Shown here: positions 1 to 9,918 of the stretch, piece after piece
How positions within the stretch are numbered: the first letter of the stretch is position 1
Layout of the letters: every line of letters begins with the position of its first letter
Source: a candidate division WOR-3 bacterium
GTDB lineage: Bacteria; SDB-A
Reading direction: 5' to 3'
DNA length: 53,937 bases
Assembly: GCA_016929715.1 (NCBI GenBank)
Contig: JAFGIG010000114.1
Location: forward strand, 1 to 53,937
Position numbers and translations under genes: made by a program
The notes under the pieces: generated by a model
What the model was told of the DNA's origin: nothing
What the model saw: the letters and a program-made list of their open reading frames with translations, nothing else
Databases searched by the model: none

Positions 1-12
1 AAAATTATGAAA

Positions 13-85
13 GCCGGTGTAGCTCAGCTGGTAGAGCAGCGCATTCGTAATGCGCGGGTAGGCGGTTCGAATCCGCCCATCGGCT
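13..85 (+). tRNA. tRNA-Thr (anticodon CGT)
   Basis: Cloverleaf read by eye: acceptor GCCGGTG/CATCGGC (one G-T pair), D arm GCTC-AGCTGGT-AGAGC, anticodon stem GCGCA/TGCGC with loop TTCGTAA (anticodon CGT), T arm GGCGG-TTCGAAT-CCGCC. No encoded CCA. Confidence 0.9.
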
Positions 86-102
86 TTATTTTTCCACTTC
101 TG

Positions 103-1644
103 TTGCTCTTTTCTTGTCTTTTATATTCAGCACAGGGATTTGAATACGGAATAACCGACGAGACGTTTTCAGCCAATTCAGATGGGGTGGTTTCCCCGGG
201 AGAAAAAATTCTTTTGCTTTTTTCCTTTCACAGGACAGATATGCTGTATGACAGTGTGATGCCCTATTCTGTTCCGAATGGTTTAATCCAAAACACGCGG
301 TTTGACAGGCCTCGGCAGAGAGGGAATTTCGAACTGTCTGTGGCTCCGGATTTGAAAGCTGATACTTCTTTGAGAATAAAGATGATAGCTTTCGGCAGCC
401 GGAGGCAGGAAACCCTTTTCATTGATGTCCCCGTGCTGTTTCAGACAGACAGCATTCAAATAGCAGTTAATCGAAAATCGGCATCTGTCAAACTTTTTCA
501 TAATCCTTTCCCTGAGCAGAGATTTACAAGATATATCCGCATAAGAAGGTTTCCCGACCTTTGGGACACGACTGTTGGAACGACATATTTTGACACAAAT
601 TCGCTTCATGCTAACTTCAACGGCTTACATCCCGGCCTTTACTCAGCGGAAGTCCTAATAGACGGTCTGTCTTTTTCATATTCACTTAAAAGCCCTGTCG
701 CTTTCTTCTTCATATCAAACGGGCACAATTACAAATACGTCCTGTTGACAGATATAGGCAATCAGCAGTCAGGTCTCAACAATTCGCTGGAACTCTCTGC
801 CTTTATCAACGAATCTGCTGAACTCTGCTCGCCTGACGGCAAAACCGGCAATTCTTTAATCTTGCCGTTTTCCTTTGTTTCAGATGAGATATGGAAAACT
901 ATTTGTGAACCAGCCCGTATAATTTTCATTAAAGCCGGAGAAAACGCGATGATATCGGAAGACATTGCGTCTAAAATACATTCGTTTGCAATGGCAAAAC
1001 CCGTAGTATTACTCGGAGCGACTACTCTTAAATCCTTTTTTTCGGCCGGATTCTCTTCATTCAGGGATTTTCCTTTTTATTTATCAAGTTTAAAAGAATA
1101 TTCGCCGGTTTCCGGAAACCTTGAAGGAGAGATGAACTTAAACGGTTACTTTTCGGCAGACATGGTTTTGACGTGTGAAGCTTCAGACACTCTGCTTAGG
1201 ATTTCACACATCCCCATAGTCGTCAAATCCGGCAACTATTACATCGTGTTTCCCCAGCGTCACTCATGTCCGGAGCTTTATCCCCAAATAGCAGACCAAA
1301 TCGTCCGATCACCGGTTTCGGAAATCATTACTGATGCTGTGTTTTGGGATTCCATGCCGGTCGAGATAAAGAGTATCCATCCAAATCCGGTCGGATCTTC
1401 CGGCGCTTTCATAGTCGTCGAAACGCAGGTGTCCGGTATTATTAAGCTTTTTATTGCCGATATTACGGGAAGAGAAGTTATCTCGGTATTCGAAGGGGAA
1501 GTGGAAAAAGGCAGACATGAGTATTACTGGAACGGAAGGGACAGATTTGGTTCTCAGCTGCCGAAAAGTTTGTATTTTGCCACCGGCGTTTTCACTTCCG
1601 GCGGAGAGTTTTTTCAGACCGCCTATAAAATTACTCTTTTTTAG
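103..1644 (+). CDS. Secreted protein with C-terminal T9SS (Por) sorting domain; start codon uncertain
   Basis: The 7..1644 ORF runs through the tRNA-Thr gene, so its first ~26 codons are not credible. A hydrophobic, lipobox-like stretch (FIFPLLLLFSC) begins right at the tRNA 3' end. The first canonical start after the tRNA is TTG at 103; ATT 88 and CTG 100 are also possible. The C-terminal ~90 aa (IHPNPVGSS...YYWNGRDRFGSQLPKSLYF...) look like a Por_Secre_tail/FlgD-Ig type sorting domain. The stop is firm. Confidence 0.55.
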   Translation: MLFSCLLYSAQGFEYGITDETFSANSDGVVSPGEKILLLFSFHRTDMLYDSVMPYSVPNGLIQNTRFDRPRQRGNFELSVAPDLKADTSLRIKMIAFGSRRQETLFIDVPVLFQTDSIQIAVNRKSASVKLFHNPFPEQRFTRYIRIRRFPDLWDTTVGTTYFDTNSLHANFNGLHPGLYSAEVLIDGLSFSYSLKSPVAFFFISNGHNYKYVLLTDIGNQQSGLNNSLELSAFINESAELCSPDGKTGNSLILPFSFVSDEIWKTICEPARIIFIKAGENAMISEDIASKIHSFAMAKPVVLLGATTLKSFFSAGFSSFRDFPFYLSSLKEYSPVSGNLEGEMNLNGYFSADMVLTCEASDTLLRISHIPIVVKSGNYYIVFPQRHSCPELYPQIADQIVRSPVSEIITDAVFWDSMPVEIKSIHPNPVGSSGAFIVVETQVSGIIKLFIADITGREVISVFEGEVEKGRHEYYWNGRDRFGSQLPKSLYFATGVFTSGGEFFQTAYKITLF

Positions 1645-2502
1645 ATGGGCGACAGACTTCCTTTGTGGCTCAGAAAGAAGAATTTTCTGAGCGGGTCATC
1701 GCTTCAGACATCTCGTCTGCTGAGCGAGATTGGGCTGAACACGGTATGCCACGAGGCGAGATGCCCCAACAGGCAGGAATGCTATTCCAATAAAACAGCG
1801 ACTTTCATGATACTTGGAAAAATCTGCACCCGCGCCTGCGCATTCTGCGGAGTTCAAAAAGGTCATCCCGAACAGCCCGATCATTCCGAGCCTTTTAGAG
1901 TAGCTACTGCCGCAGAAAAATTAGGATTAAAATATGTCGTAGTGACTTCAGTCACGAGGGACGATCTTTCTGACGGAGGAGCGGAATTTTTCGCCCAAAC
2001 TGCTTATAGAATCAAATCTTCATCCATTGGATGCAAAATTGAGTTTTTGATACCTGATTTCAAAGGAGACGAAAAGAGTCTTGAAAAAGTCTTTCTTTCA
2101 CAGCCCAACATAATAAACCACAATGTCGAAACAGTCCCTTCTCTTTATTCTGGGGTAAGACCTGGAGCTGACTTCAAACGCTCTCTCGCTGTCCTGTCGT
2201 CTGCGAAAAAAGCCGGTTTTCTTATAAAAACAGGTATAATCCTGGGCATGGGAGAAACCTTTTCCGAATTGAGAGAATCTTTTGAAAAACTCGCATCGGC
2301 AGGTGTGGACATCCTCACTATAGGTCAATATATGAGGCCTTCTGCCGATAATATACAGGTAAATCGGTATCTGTTGCCCGAGGAGTTCGAAGAAATAAGA
2401 GAAATTGCCGTCAACTTGGGTATTAAGACGGTAGTATCAGGACCTCTTGTCAGAAGTTCTTATAAAGCCAGGGAATGTTTTGAAAAATCTTCAAGTTTCT
2501 GA
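1645..2502 (+). CDS. lipA: Lipoyl synthase
   Basis: N-terminal CHEARCPNRQEC cluster plus radical-SAM CTRACAFCGV motif. Length of 285 aa is typical. The ATG directly follows the upstream stop (TAGATG). Confidence 0.95.
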   Translation: MGDRLPLWLRKKNFLSGSSLQTSRLLSEIGLNTVCHEARCPNRQECYSNKTATFMILGKICTRACAFCGVQKGHPEQPDHSEPFRVATAAEKLGLKYVVVTSVTRDDLSDGGAEFFAQTAYRIKSSSIGCKIEFLIPDFKGDEKSLEKVFLSQPNIINHNVETVPSLYSGVRPGADFKRSLAVLSSAKKAGFLIKTGIILGMGETFSELRESFEKLASAGVDILTIGQYMRPSADNIQVNRYLLPEEFEEIREIAVNLGIKTVVSGPLVRSSYKARECFEKSSSF

Positions 2503-2518
2503 TTTTGCCGTCTCGAGC

Positions 2519-3295
2519 ATGATAGCCATGCCGTCGGATTTATTCGCTTTTATTGAAGCTGTCTCTTCGACTTCCTTCAGAAAAATCGAAATAAGGGCAG
2601 AGCTCAAGCACTGGGATTACGATGAACCCGGCAACATTGATAAAATAAAAAAACTTTGCCAGAAATCAGACCTGAAGATTCTTTCGCTTCACGCTCCCAT
2701 GTCAGCGCATATTTCTTCTCCGGATGAATACGACAGAGTCAAATCCCTTAGAGAGGTAGAAAAAACTATTCTAATCGCAAGTAGGCTCGGCGCACCTTTT
2801 GTGGTTATTCACTCAGACACGTTAAACGATTTTGAAAAAAGTAAAAAAAAAGACGCTCTTCAAATTTCCCTTGAGGAATTATCTGATTTTGCCTTGAGAT
2901 GGAATACAGTCCCGCTTCTCGAAAACCTTATGCCTCCGAGGCTGGCTTCTGATCCGGCGGAAATAACCGGCTTTCTCGATTTTATGGAAGACAGCGCCGG
3001 ATTGTGCCTTGACCTTGGCCATTTGAGGATATCAGGATTCGACTACAACGATCTTACCAATGAATTCAACAGCAGGGTTAAAACCGTCCATCTTAACGAC
3101 AATGATGGAAAAGAAGACAGGCATTGGCCTCCGGGTTTCGGAGATGCTCCGGGTCACAGCAAAAAAGACATAATAAGTTATTTTGACAGGGGTTATGAAT
3201 GTGTTATCGAGGCTTCTAAAAGAACGAGAGCCGATCTCGATTTAAGAGAGCTGCTTTTTTTTATCGAAGATCGAGTGAACATTCTGATCTCCTGA
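2519..3295 (+). CDS. Sugar phosphate isomerase/epimerase (xylose isomerase-like TIM barrel) family protein
   Basis: Pattern typical of the AP_endonuc_2/TIM-barrel family (LSLHAP..., VVIHSD, LENL, LDLGHL, HLNDNDG). I chose the internal ATG at 2519, just after the lipA stop, over the 2447 start that overlaps lipA. Confidence 0.65.
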   Translation: MIAMPSDLFAFIEAVSSTSFRKIEIRAELKHWDYDEPGNIDKIKKLCQKSDLKILSLHAPMSAHISSPDEYDRVKSLREVEKTILIASRLGAPFVVIHSDTLNDFEKSKKKDALQISLEELSDFALRWNTVPLLENLMPPRLASDPAEITGFLDFMEDSAGLCLDLGHLRISGFDYNDLTNEFNSRVKTVHLNDNDGKEDRHWPPGFGDAPGHSKKDIISYFDRGYECVIEASKRTRADLDLRELLFFIEDRVNILIS

Positions 3296-4741
3296 AATAA
3301 ATCTGTCCTTAAGCCTTTCTTTTTCCACCGTTAAAAGTTCTTCTTCGGTTATGTCCCCGGGGTATGATTTTGTGAAGCATGCGTCGCAAAAACAATTGGT
3401 TCCGGCGACGAAAACCTTCGGATTGATGAGCGAAACGGCTTTTTTAAGTCCTTCGACGGAAAGGTAAAAAAGCCTGTCAGCGCCTATGAATCCGGCGACG
3501 TCTTCAACTGACTTATCATGAGCGATAAGTTCGCTTTTTGTCTGCATGTCTATTCCGTAAATACAGGGGAATTTTATAGGAGGGGAAGTCGAAGCGAAGA
3601 TTATCTCGGATGCTCCAGCCTCTCTCACGAGTGATATTATTTTTTTTGATGTAACCCCCCTTACAATGCTGTCGTCCACGAGAATTATTCTCTTGCCTCT
3701 TATTTCGGATTTAATTGGATTCAGTTTGTGCCTAAGGGAGTAGTCTCTTTTTTCCGAGTTTGGCATGATGAATGTCCGCCAGATGTATCTGTTCTTGATC
3801 AAACCTTCCTTAAACGGAATTTTCAGGCCTTCAGATATAGCAAGAGCGGCTGTTCTTGCGGTGTCCGGAACTGGGATGACGGCGTCAGCAGAAATGTTTT
3901 TATCTTTCATCTGCAGAGCAAGTTCGGCGCCCATCCTGAACCTTGCTTCATAAACCGAAACTCCTTCGATAATCGAATCAGGTCTTGCGAAATAAACCCA
4001 TTCGAAAATACACGGTCTGTATTCTTTTCGCAGGAGAGTTTTTCGGACAGTCTCTCTCGTCATCTCAGAAACCCATATCATCTCGCCTGGTTTTACTTCG
4101 TCGACAAAATCGAATTCGAGAACATCGGATGTCACGGTTTCAGAGGAGAAAAGCACTTGGTCTCCTTTTCTGGCGAAGAAAAGAGGCTTGATGCCGTGAG
4201 GATCCTTGAAAGCGAACATCCCCTTGTTGGCGATATATCCTACTACAGAGTAGCCGCCCTTGACTTTTTCCATGACTTCTTTCGCTGAATCAAAAACCGC
4301 CTGACTGCTGAATTTTGTCTTATTTTTCAGCGACTCGGCGAATACATTCAGTATAATCTCTACATCCGAAGAAGTGTTTATGTGTCTTTTGGACGCGTTT
4401 AGTTTTTCTTTCAGCTCTCTGTAGTTAGCAACATTTCCGTTGTGAACCATGACAATGCCGTAAGGGGAATTTATGTAAAGCGGCTGAGCATCTTCGTTTG
4501 ATCCGGATCCTATAGTGGGATAGCGGACATGTCCGAGACCTACTTTACCGGTAAGTCTTTTGATGTTTTTTTCTTTAAAGACATCGCGGACGAGCGAATT
4601 CCCTTTTTTTATATGAAATATACTGCCGTCATATGTTACCGCTCCTGCAGCGTCCTGTCCTCTGTGTTGTATGGCGAGAAGAGAGTCTATAATTTGACCT
4701 AAGCAGTCATTTTTTGTCATTAAACCTACTACGCCGCACAT
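3242..4741 (-). CDS. purF: Amidophosphoribosyltransferase
   Basis: N-terminal MCGVVG (Ntn Cys nucleophile), GATase-2 fold pattern, PRPP-binding motif RIILVDDSIVRGVTSKK. Its 3' end overlaps the convergent TIM-barrel gene by 54 nt. Confidence 0.95.
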   Translation of the reverse strand: MCGVVGLMTKNDCLGQIIDSLLAIQHRGQDAAGAVTYDGSIFHIKKGNSLVRDVFKEKNIKRLTGKVGLGHVRYPTIGSGSNEDAQPLYINSPYGIVMVHNGNVANYRELKEKLNASKRHINTSSDVEIILNVFAESLKNKTKFSSQAVFDSAKEVMEKVKGGYSVVGYIANKGMFAFKDPHGIKPLFFARKGDQVLFSSETVTSDVLEFDFVDEVKPGEMIWVSEMTRETVRKTLLRKEYRPCIFEWVYFARPDSIIEGVSVYEARFRMGAELALQMKDKNISADAVIPVPDTARTAALAISEGLKIPFKEGLIKNRYIWRTFIMPNSEKRDYSLRHKLNPIKSEIRGKRIILVDDSIVRGVTSKKIISLVREAGASEIIFASTSPPIKFPCIYGIDMQTKSELIAHDKSVEDVAGFIGADRLFYLSVEGLKKAVSLINPKVFVAGTNCFCDACFTKSYPGDITEEELLTVEKERLKDRFISGDQNVHSIFDKKKQLS

Positions 4742-4742
4742 A

Positions 4743-5657
4743 TTATATCAGTAAATCTCCTTTTTTCAGCCTTGAACCGTTTGCAAAGTCAGTTCCCGAC
4801 ATTTCTTTTTTGGAGGGGGGTTTTACTTTCAGCAAGTTTACAGCTCCGTCTAGGGTTTTAATCATCAGCGGATTGATGCTGAGTATTTGGGATTCAACAA
4901 CAGGGAAATCACAGGAGGAAATTGAAGTCTTCAGAAGCTGGATTTTTTTGTCTTTGAACATAAAACAAGCTGTTGGTGAGGGGTAAAGAGCTCTGCATGT
5001 GTCGTGAATTTTCCGCGACGGCATTTGCCAGAAAACCATCCGGTCTTTTTCATGTATACGTTTTGCCCACGTGGCGTCATCTTCATTTTGAACTATTGCA
5101 TTAGACAGATAAGTCCTAGGGTCATTAAACACCTCTTTTGCCATCTCAGCCGCTATAGAAGCAAGCTTGAGTTTGAGCGACATATCGTCGTCCTCATCAT
5201 CAATGAAGATTTCTCTTTGGGAAATCATATCTCCGGAATCTATTTTATCGCTCAACTTGTGAAGGGTGACGCCGGTGACTTTTTCCCCGTTCATTAATGC
5301 TCTGGCGACAGGCGCCATGCCCCTGTATTTGGGAAGGAGAGAAGGATGGACATTGACTCCTCCGAATTCCGGAATGGAATACAGACGTTTTGGTATTTTC
5401 TTGCCGAATGAAGCTATCAGGAAAGCTTTGGGATTAATCTTTTTGACGAAATTCTCGGCGTCTGCGCTGTCAGGGGTGTCGCATTCAAAAAACGGCAGTC
5501 CTTCGCGAAGAGCCCATCCGGATAAAAGAGAAGATATTTGAGTCAATCCCCTTCCTGCCATTCTTTTTCCTATTGTAAAAACAGAGCCAATTATTTCTCT
5601 TGAATTTCTGGCAAATTCACAGCTGAATTCGTCTGATCCGAAGAGCATCATTCTCAA
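4743..5657 (-). CDS. fmt: Methionyl-tRNA formyltransferase
   Basis: HPSLLPKYRGMAPV motif and a formyltransferase N/C domain pattern over 304 aa. Lies 1 nt upstream of purF and has a 4-nt overlap with yajC. Confidence 0.9.
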   Translation of the reverse strand: MRMMLFGSDEFSCEFARNSREIIGSVFTIGKRMAGRGLTQISSLLSGWALREGLPFFECDTPDSADAENFVKKINPKAFLIASFGKKIPKRLYSIPEFGGVNVHPSLLPKYRGMAPVARALMNGEKVTGVTLHKLSDKIDSGDMISQREIFIDDEDDDMSLKLKLASIAAEMAKEVFNDPRTYLSNAIVQNEDDATWAKRIHEKDRMVFWQMPSRKIHDTCRALYPSPTACFMFKDKKIQLLKTSISSCDFPVVESQILSINPLMIKTLDGAVNLLKVKPPSKKEMSGTDFANGSRLKKGDLLI

Positions 5658-6019
5658 GATGTTATTTCTTCCTCCTGCTGTGTCAGGATTTTTACTATGG
5701 AACCTTTTTCGACTTCGACATCCGTCTTATCGGCGATTTTAAGGATTACTATGTTCCCTTTAATGCTTTTAACTATGCCGTAAAAACCGCCGGTTGTGAG
5801 AACTTTGTCGTCTCTTTTGAGATTTTCAAGAAGCTTCTGGTGCTGTTTTCTCTTTTTGCCTTCAGGATATATGAGCAGAAAGTAGAAAATGACAAAAATC
5901 AGTATAAAGGGAAGAAACGAAATCAATGTCCCAAAAGGGCTCGAACCTTGACTCTGACCTGAAGTTCCTGTCTCCTGAGCGCAGCTCTGAGCAGTTGCCA
6001 ACAAACTGAGAATAAACAA
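5654..6019 (-). CDS. yajC: Preprotein translocase subunit YajC
   Basis: Single TM segment followed by ...KKRKQHQKLLENLKRDDKVLTTGGFYGIVKSI...ILKI, the typical YajC core. Confidence 0.85.
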   Translation of the reverse strand: MFILSLLATAQSCAQETGTSGQSQGSSPFGTLISFLPFILIFVIFYFLLIYPEGKKRKQHQKLLENLKRDDKVLTTGGFYGIVKSIKGNIVILKIADKTDVEVEKGSIVKILTQQEEEITS

Positions 6020-6177
6020 GCCGACCTCCTAAAATTTACATGATGTCCGAAAAACGACAGGTTTTCAATGAAAAAAAAATTCACTTATAAACCGCAAACC
6101 GCAATGTTATCATGTATGCTGATTTGTATCAATGGGCAGAAGACAAAAAATCTTTATTGAAGGGACAAGGAGAATAG

Positions 6178-6876
6178 ATGAAAAAAAATATTTTTTTTCT
6201 TTCGGCTTTTTTGGCTGTTTTCTCATGCACATTCCGTTTCGCTGAAGAAGACTTGAGATTACCTGGAAATTTGTCCGGATCTTATATGGCTTTCGGCGAG
6301 GATTATGAGATAGAAACTTTCCTGGCTGAATCAGGAGAAGAAGTTTTCAGGATAAATCAGGGGGAGGGTATTTTTGGGATAGGGCTAAAGCACGGCGACC
6401 GGTTGTTTTTATCAGTTAAAGGCGACAGCAGTTTCGCTTCCGGAATATACATCATAAGAGAAAAATCAATAGACGGTATATGGACATCAGGAGATTCGGC
6501 CATTTATACGGAAAGGCTTTCAAAAAGCGGATTTCCAGGAAATCCGATTCTCATTCCCGATAAGATGGAAGATGTGGCAAATTCCCTTTACAGATTGACC
6601 TTTTTGGCAAAGGGCGACACCATCGAAAGCATTTTACTTGTCGAGCCGACTGGAGATATTACTTTTGACGCTCTTATCGAAGCTCCTGAAGGAATAATGA
6701 CAGGCGTGGGAATAGCCGGAGATAAATTTTTCTGCGTAAGCTTTTTCGATGTCAGCATGGATTCATGGGGGGTTTTATATTTCGAAAATTTCGAAGACGG
6801 CTCTTTGGAAGGAGAAATGTCTTTTTACGGTGATTGGAAACCTATAGAAGTCCTCGGAGAGAGAATTGAAGATTAA
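6178..6876 (+). CDS. Hypothetical lipoprotein
   Basis: Signal peptide with lipobox (FLAVFSC). AAGGAG Shine-Dalgarno 5 nt upstream of the ATG. No domain recognised. Confidence 0.6.
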   Translation: MKKNIFFLSAFLAVFSCTFRFAEEDLRLPGNLSGSYMAFGEDYEIETFLAESGEEVFRINQGEGIFGIGLKHGDRLFLSVKGDSSFASGIYIIREKSIDGIWTSGDSAIYTERLSKSGFPGNPILIPDKMEDVANSLYRLTFLAKGDTIESILLVEPTGDITFDALIEAPEGIMTGVGIAGDKFFCVSFFDVSMDSWGVLYFENFEDGSLEGEMSFYGDWKPIEVLGERIED

Positions 6877-6904
6877 TGCTGTTCAGTTCTTGGGTTTTTT
6901 TACA

Positions 6905-6930
6905 GGGGCCGCTTCTCAAAAAGCGACCCC
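6905..6930. terminator. Possible bidirectional hairpin between convergent genes
   Basis: GGGGCCGC-N10-GCGACCCC, an 8-bp stem with one mismatch, lies between the stops at 6876 (+) and 6937 (-). The flanking U-tracts are poor, so this is weak. Confidence 0.3.
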
Positions 6931-6936
6931 TATATT

Positions 6937-9207
6937 TCACAGAAAATGATAAGCTATAATAAAACCGGCGACGACTACGCTGACCATGCTCATGAGTTTT
7001 ATCAATATGTTCAGACTGGGACCCGATGTGTCCTTAAAAGGATCGCCGACAGTGTCTCCGACCACGGCGGCTTTGTGAGCTTCAGACCCTTTCCCGCCTA
7101 GGTTTCCTTCTTCTATGAATTTTTTTGCGTTGTCCCATGCCCCTCCGGCGTTTGCCATGAAGATAGCGAGCGTGAATCCTGTTACCAGACTGCCGGTCAG
7201 AAGGCCAATTACTCCCGGCACGCCGAATACAAGACCTGCTAATATCGGAGTTATAATGGCAAGAAGAGAAGGGAAAATCATCTCTCTCTGGGCGCCTTTT
7301 GTTGAAATCTGGACGCAGGAAGCGTAATCAGGCTCTTCTGTTCCTTCAAGTATCCCCTTTTTTTCACTGAATTGTTTTCTGACCTCCATGACCATAGCCT
7401 TTGCAGCCCTGCCGACGGCTTTCATAGTCAAGGCGGCAAAGACGAAGGGAAGCATAGCTCCTATGAAAAGGCCTATCATCACTACAGGGTTCATTAAATT
7501 TACGTTGAAATAAGTCATGAAATCCGAAAAAGAGGCGGCTGCAGTCTCAACAGAACTCTGCCCGATTTGGATAAAGGTCTGTCCCGCCCTTATGAGAGAA
7601 ACTCTTAATTCTTCGACGTATGCCGCTATCAAAGCCAAAGCCGTCAGAGCTGCTGAACCAATAGCAAATCCTTTACCTGTGGCGGCGGTCGTGTTTCCGA
7701 GAGCGTCTAAAACATTCGTCCTTTCTCTCACCTCAGGAGGAAGTCCGCTCATTTGTGCGTTTCCGCCGGCATTGTCGGCTATTGGGCCGTAGGCGTCAGT
7801 CGCTAGAGTTATTCCGAGTGTAGAGAGCATTCCGACCGCGGCGAATCCTATCCCGTAGAGCCCGAAAGCGGCTGACTGGAATCCGCCCGAAAGCCAGTAA
7901 GAAAGAAGCGTAGCGAGGGATACGGAAAGAACTGGGACGAATGTCGAAAGCATGCCGGTTCCGATGCCTTCAATAATCAGAGTGGCTGCACCCGTGGACG
8001 CCTGCTTTGCTATGTTTTGGGTCGGTCCATAATCCGAAGATGTGAAAAACTCCGTCGATTTTCCTATGATTATACCTGTCAGAAGGCCCGATAGCATTGA
8101 AAGCCATACTCCGGGCCAATTCCCTATTATGCGGCTGAGAAAACCCTGAGATGAACCCGAAGACAGAGCAGGCCCGAGCACCAGGTAGCAGACTGCAAGC
8201 GAAAATAAGGCAATGAGAACGGAACTCAAGTTTACGCCGAAACCGAGTGAGTTTAGCAGTTGTTTCTGACTTGCCCCTTCTTTAGCTCGGACAGTGTATA
8301 TACCGGCTATAGAGAGGAAAGCTCCCAGTCCGGCGACTATCATCGGAGCGACGACGAGAAGGAACTGGCCGTGACCGAGTTTGGCGCCCGCGGCAGCGCC
8401 GAGAGCGGCGGTAGCGAGAATGCTGGCGATGTAGCTCTCGTAAAGGTCTGCTCCCATGCCTGCGACGTCTCCGACGTTGTCTCCGACGTTGTCAGCTATG
8501 ACCGCCGGGTTTCTCGGATCGTCCTCTGGTATGTTCTGTTCCAGTTTTCCCACAAGGTCTGCGCCTACATCCGCGGCTTTGGTGAAGATACCGCCTCCCA
8601 CTCTGGCAAAGAGAGCCTGGGATGAAGCCCCAATTCCAAAACTGAGCATTGTCACGGTTATAGCGCTCAGATCAGACATTCCGACGAAAAGGCGCAGAAT
8701 TATAAACCAAACAGAAATATCGAGAAGGCCCAAGCCAACGACTGTAAGACCCATGACGGCTCCGGATCTGAAAGCAATTTTCAGCGCGCCGTCGAGATTT
8801 TCCCTCGCCTTGTTAGCCGTCCTTGAGCTTGCTAGTGTTGCCGTGTGCATGCCTATAAAACCGGCAAATGCTGAAAATAATCCGCCAGAGAGAAATGCAA
8901 AAGGGACTAGTTTCGACTGAACTTTCAGGACGAAAGAGAGAATGAAGAAGAACACGAAGGCGAAAAGAAAGAAAATCGCGACGATTTTATACTGCTGTTT
9001 CATGTAAGCCATAGCTCCAACACGAACATGACGCGCTATGTCTTGCATGGTCTGCGTTCCGGGATCGGAACGCATTATCCTTTTGTAGAAAATGAAAGCG
9101 AACATAAGAGCCGCCGCTGCTCCCGCCGGAGCTATCCAAAACAAATTGTCGACAGGTTTTTCGAAAGCTGTAAGCGCGTTAATCAGCAGAAAATGACTCA
9201 TAAACAT
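6937..9207 (-). CDS. hppA: Membrane-bound proton/sodium-translocating pyrophosphatase
   Basis: 756 aa, polytopic. Signature [21 protein letters not shown] and C-terminal [21 protein letters not shown]. Confidence 0.95.
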   Translation of the reverse strand: MFMSHFLLINALTAFEKPVDNLFWIAPAGAAAALMFAFIFYKRIMRSDPGTQTMQDIARHVRVGAMAYMKQQYKIVAIFFLFAFVFFFILSFVLKVQSKLVPFAFLSGGLFSAFAGFIGMHTATLASSRTANKARENLDGALKIAFRSGAVMGLTVVGLGLLDISVWFIILRLFVGMSDLSAITVTMLSFGIGASSQALFARVGGGIFTKAADVGADLVGKLEQNIPEDDPRNPAVIADNVGDNVGDVAGMGADLYESYIASILATAALGAAAGAKLGHGQFLLVVAPMIVAGLGAFLSIAGIYTVRAKEGASQKQLLNSLGFGVNLSSVLIALFSLAVCYLVLGPALSSGSSQGFLSRIIGNWPGVWLSMLSGLLTGIIIGKSTEFFTSSDYGPTQNIAKQASTGAATLIIEGIGTGMLSTFVPVLSVSLATLLSYWLSGGFQSAAFGLYGIGFAAVGMLSTLGITLATDAYGPIADNAGGNAQMSGLPPEVRERTNVLDALGNTTAATGKGFAIGSAALTALALIAAYVEELRVSLIRAGQTFIQIGQSSVETAAASFSDFMTYFNVNLMNPVVMIGLFIGAMLPFVFAALTMKAVGRAAKAMVMEVRKQFSEKKGILEGTEEPDYASCVQISTKGAQREMIFPSLLAIITPILAGLVFGVPGVIGLLTGSLVTGFTLAIFMANAGGAWDNAKKFIEEGNLGGKGSEAHKAAVVGDTVGDPFKDTSGPSLNILIKLMSMVSVVVAGFIIAYHFL

Positions 9208-9907
9208 CCCTCCGTTCTTTATCCAATGATATTAAGCTGTCTTTTTCACCTTCGGCGAGAAGAATAATGTCCGATGAGGAGTCTTTGTATCCGCCGGATG
9301 CCAGCAAAAAAGAATCTAAGTTGAATAAAATTTTTAAAGCCTCCGGTTCGCTGATTATTTGGGCGCCCGGAAGATGAAACATCCTGACTTTCATCCCGTC
9401 GCAAAAATCCAGTTCACCGTCGTTCAGGACTGACGACGCAAGTTTTACTGATGGAACGAGTTTTCTCGCGCTGACGGGAATTATAAGCTTTGCACCTTTG
9501 GCTATAACCTGTCCGTAGATTTTGCCGATTGAGCCCCCGAAGTCTCCGCCGACGAGAATGCCGGCATTTCCTTTGTGGTCGATTGAGTTTGCTCCTTTCA
9601 ATAAAATGTCTTTTGAAGAGAGTTTCGGAAGGACATCTGAAATTTCTGCGTCGATTTTTTCACCTCTGTAAAAAATCATAGGTTTTATTCTCTTATCCGA
9701 AGGAGAAACCGAAAGCCTGTGATCCTTTATGCACCCGACGGTGTAAAACAAGGGGTCAATTTTTCCGCCTGTCAACAAAGAGGCTATCTCGGCGTTGGTT
9801 GTTCCGTTCAGGATCAAAAGATAGCTTTCAGCAAGAGCTTTCTTGACTTCAGGGAGAGATAGAACGGCTCTTGAAATGATTCGAACAGACATTCCGGGTG
9901 AAAACAC
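9179..9907 (-). CDS. Hypothetical protein (no domain recognised)
   Basis: 242-aa ORF packed between alr (11-nt gap) and hppA (about 23-29 nt overlap). Soluble-looking, with GANSIDHKGNAGILVGGDFGGSIGKIYG. The start could be the ATG 15 nt downstream (MSVRI). Confidence 0.5.
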   Translation of the reverse strand: MFSPGMSVRIISRAVLSLPEVKKALAESYLLILNGTTNAEIASLLTGGKIDPLFYTVGCIKDHRLSVSPSDKRIKPMIFYRGEKIDAEISDVLPKLSSKDILLKGANSIDHKGNAGILVGGDFGGSIGKIYGQVIAKGAKLIIPVSARKLVPSVKLASSVLNDGELDFCDGMKVRMFHLPGAQIISEPEALKILFNLDSFLLASGGYKDSSSDIILLAEGEKDSLISLDKERRDVYESFSAD

Positions 9908-9918
9908 AAAAACGCCCT

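Noticed and set aside
7-102. N-terminal part of the 7..1644 ORF starting at ATG 7 (MKAGVAQLVEQRIRNARVGGSNPP...).
   Set aside because: These codons are simply the tRNA-Thr gene read in one frame. A cloverleaf with all arms accounts for 13-85, so the ATG-7 start is an artefact of ORF calling.
3728-4288. 186-aa plus-strand ORF, with nested 62- and 68-aa ORFs, inside purF.
   Set aside because: They are antisense to a confidently identified purF and show no motifs. They are shadow ORFs.
7115-8920. Plus-strand ORFs 7115-7327, 7517-7792, 8260-8625 and 8456-8920 (70-154 aa).
   Set aside because: All lie antisense inside the unmistakable pyrophosphatase gene. Their Ala/Pro/Ser/Arg-rich, low-complexity translations are typical shadow ORFs.
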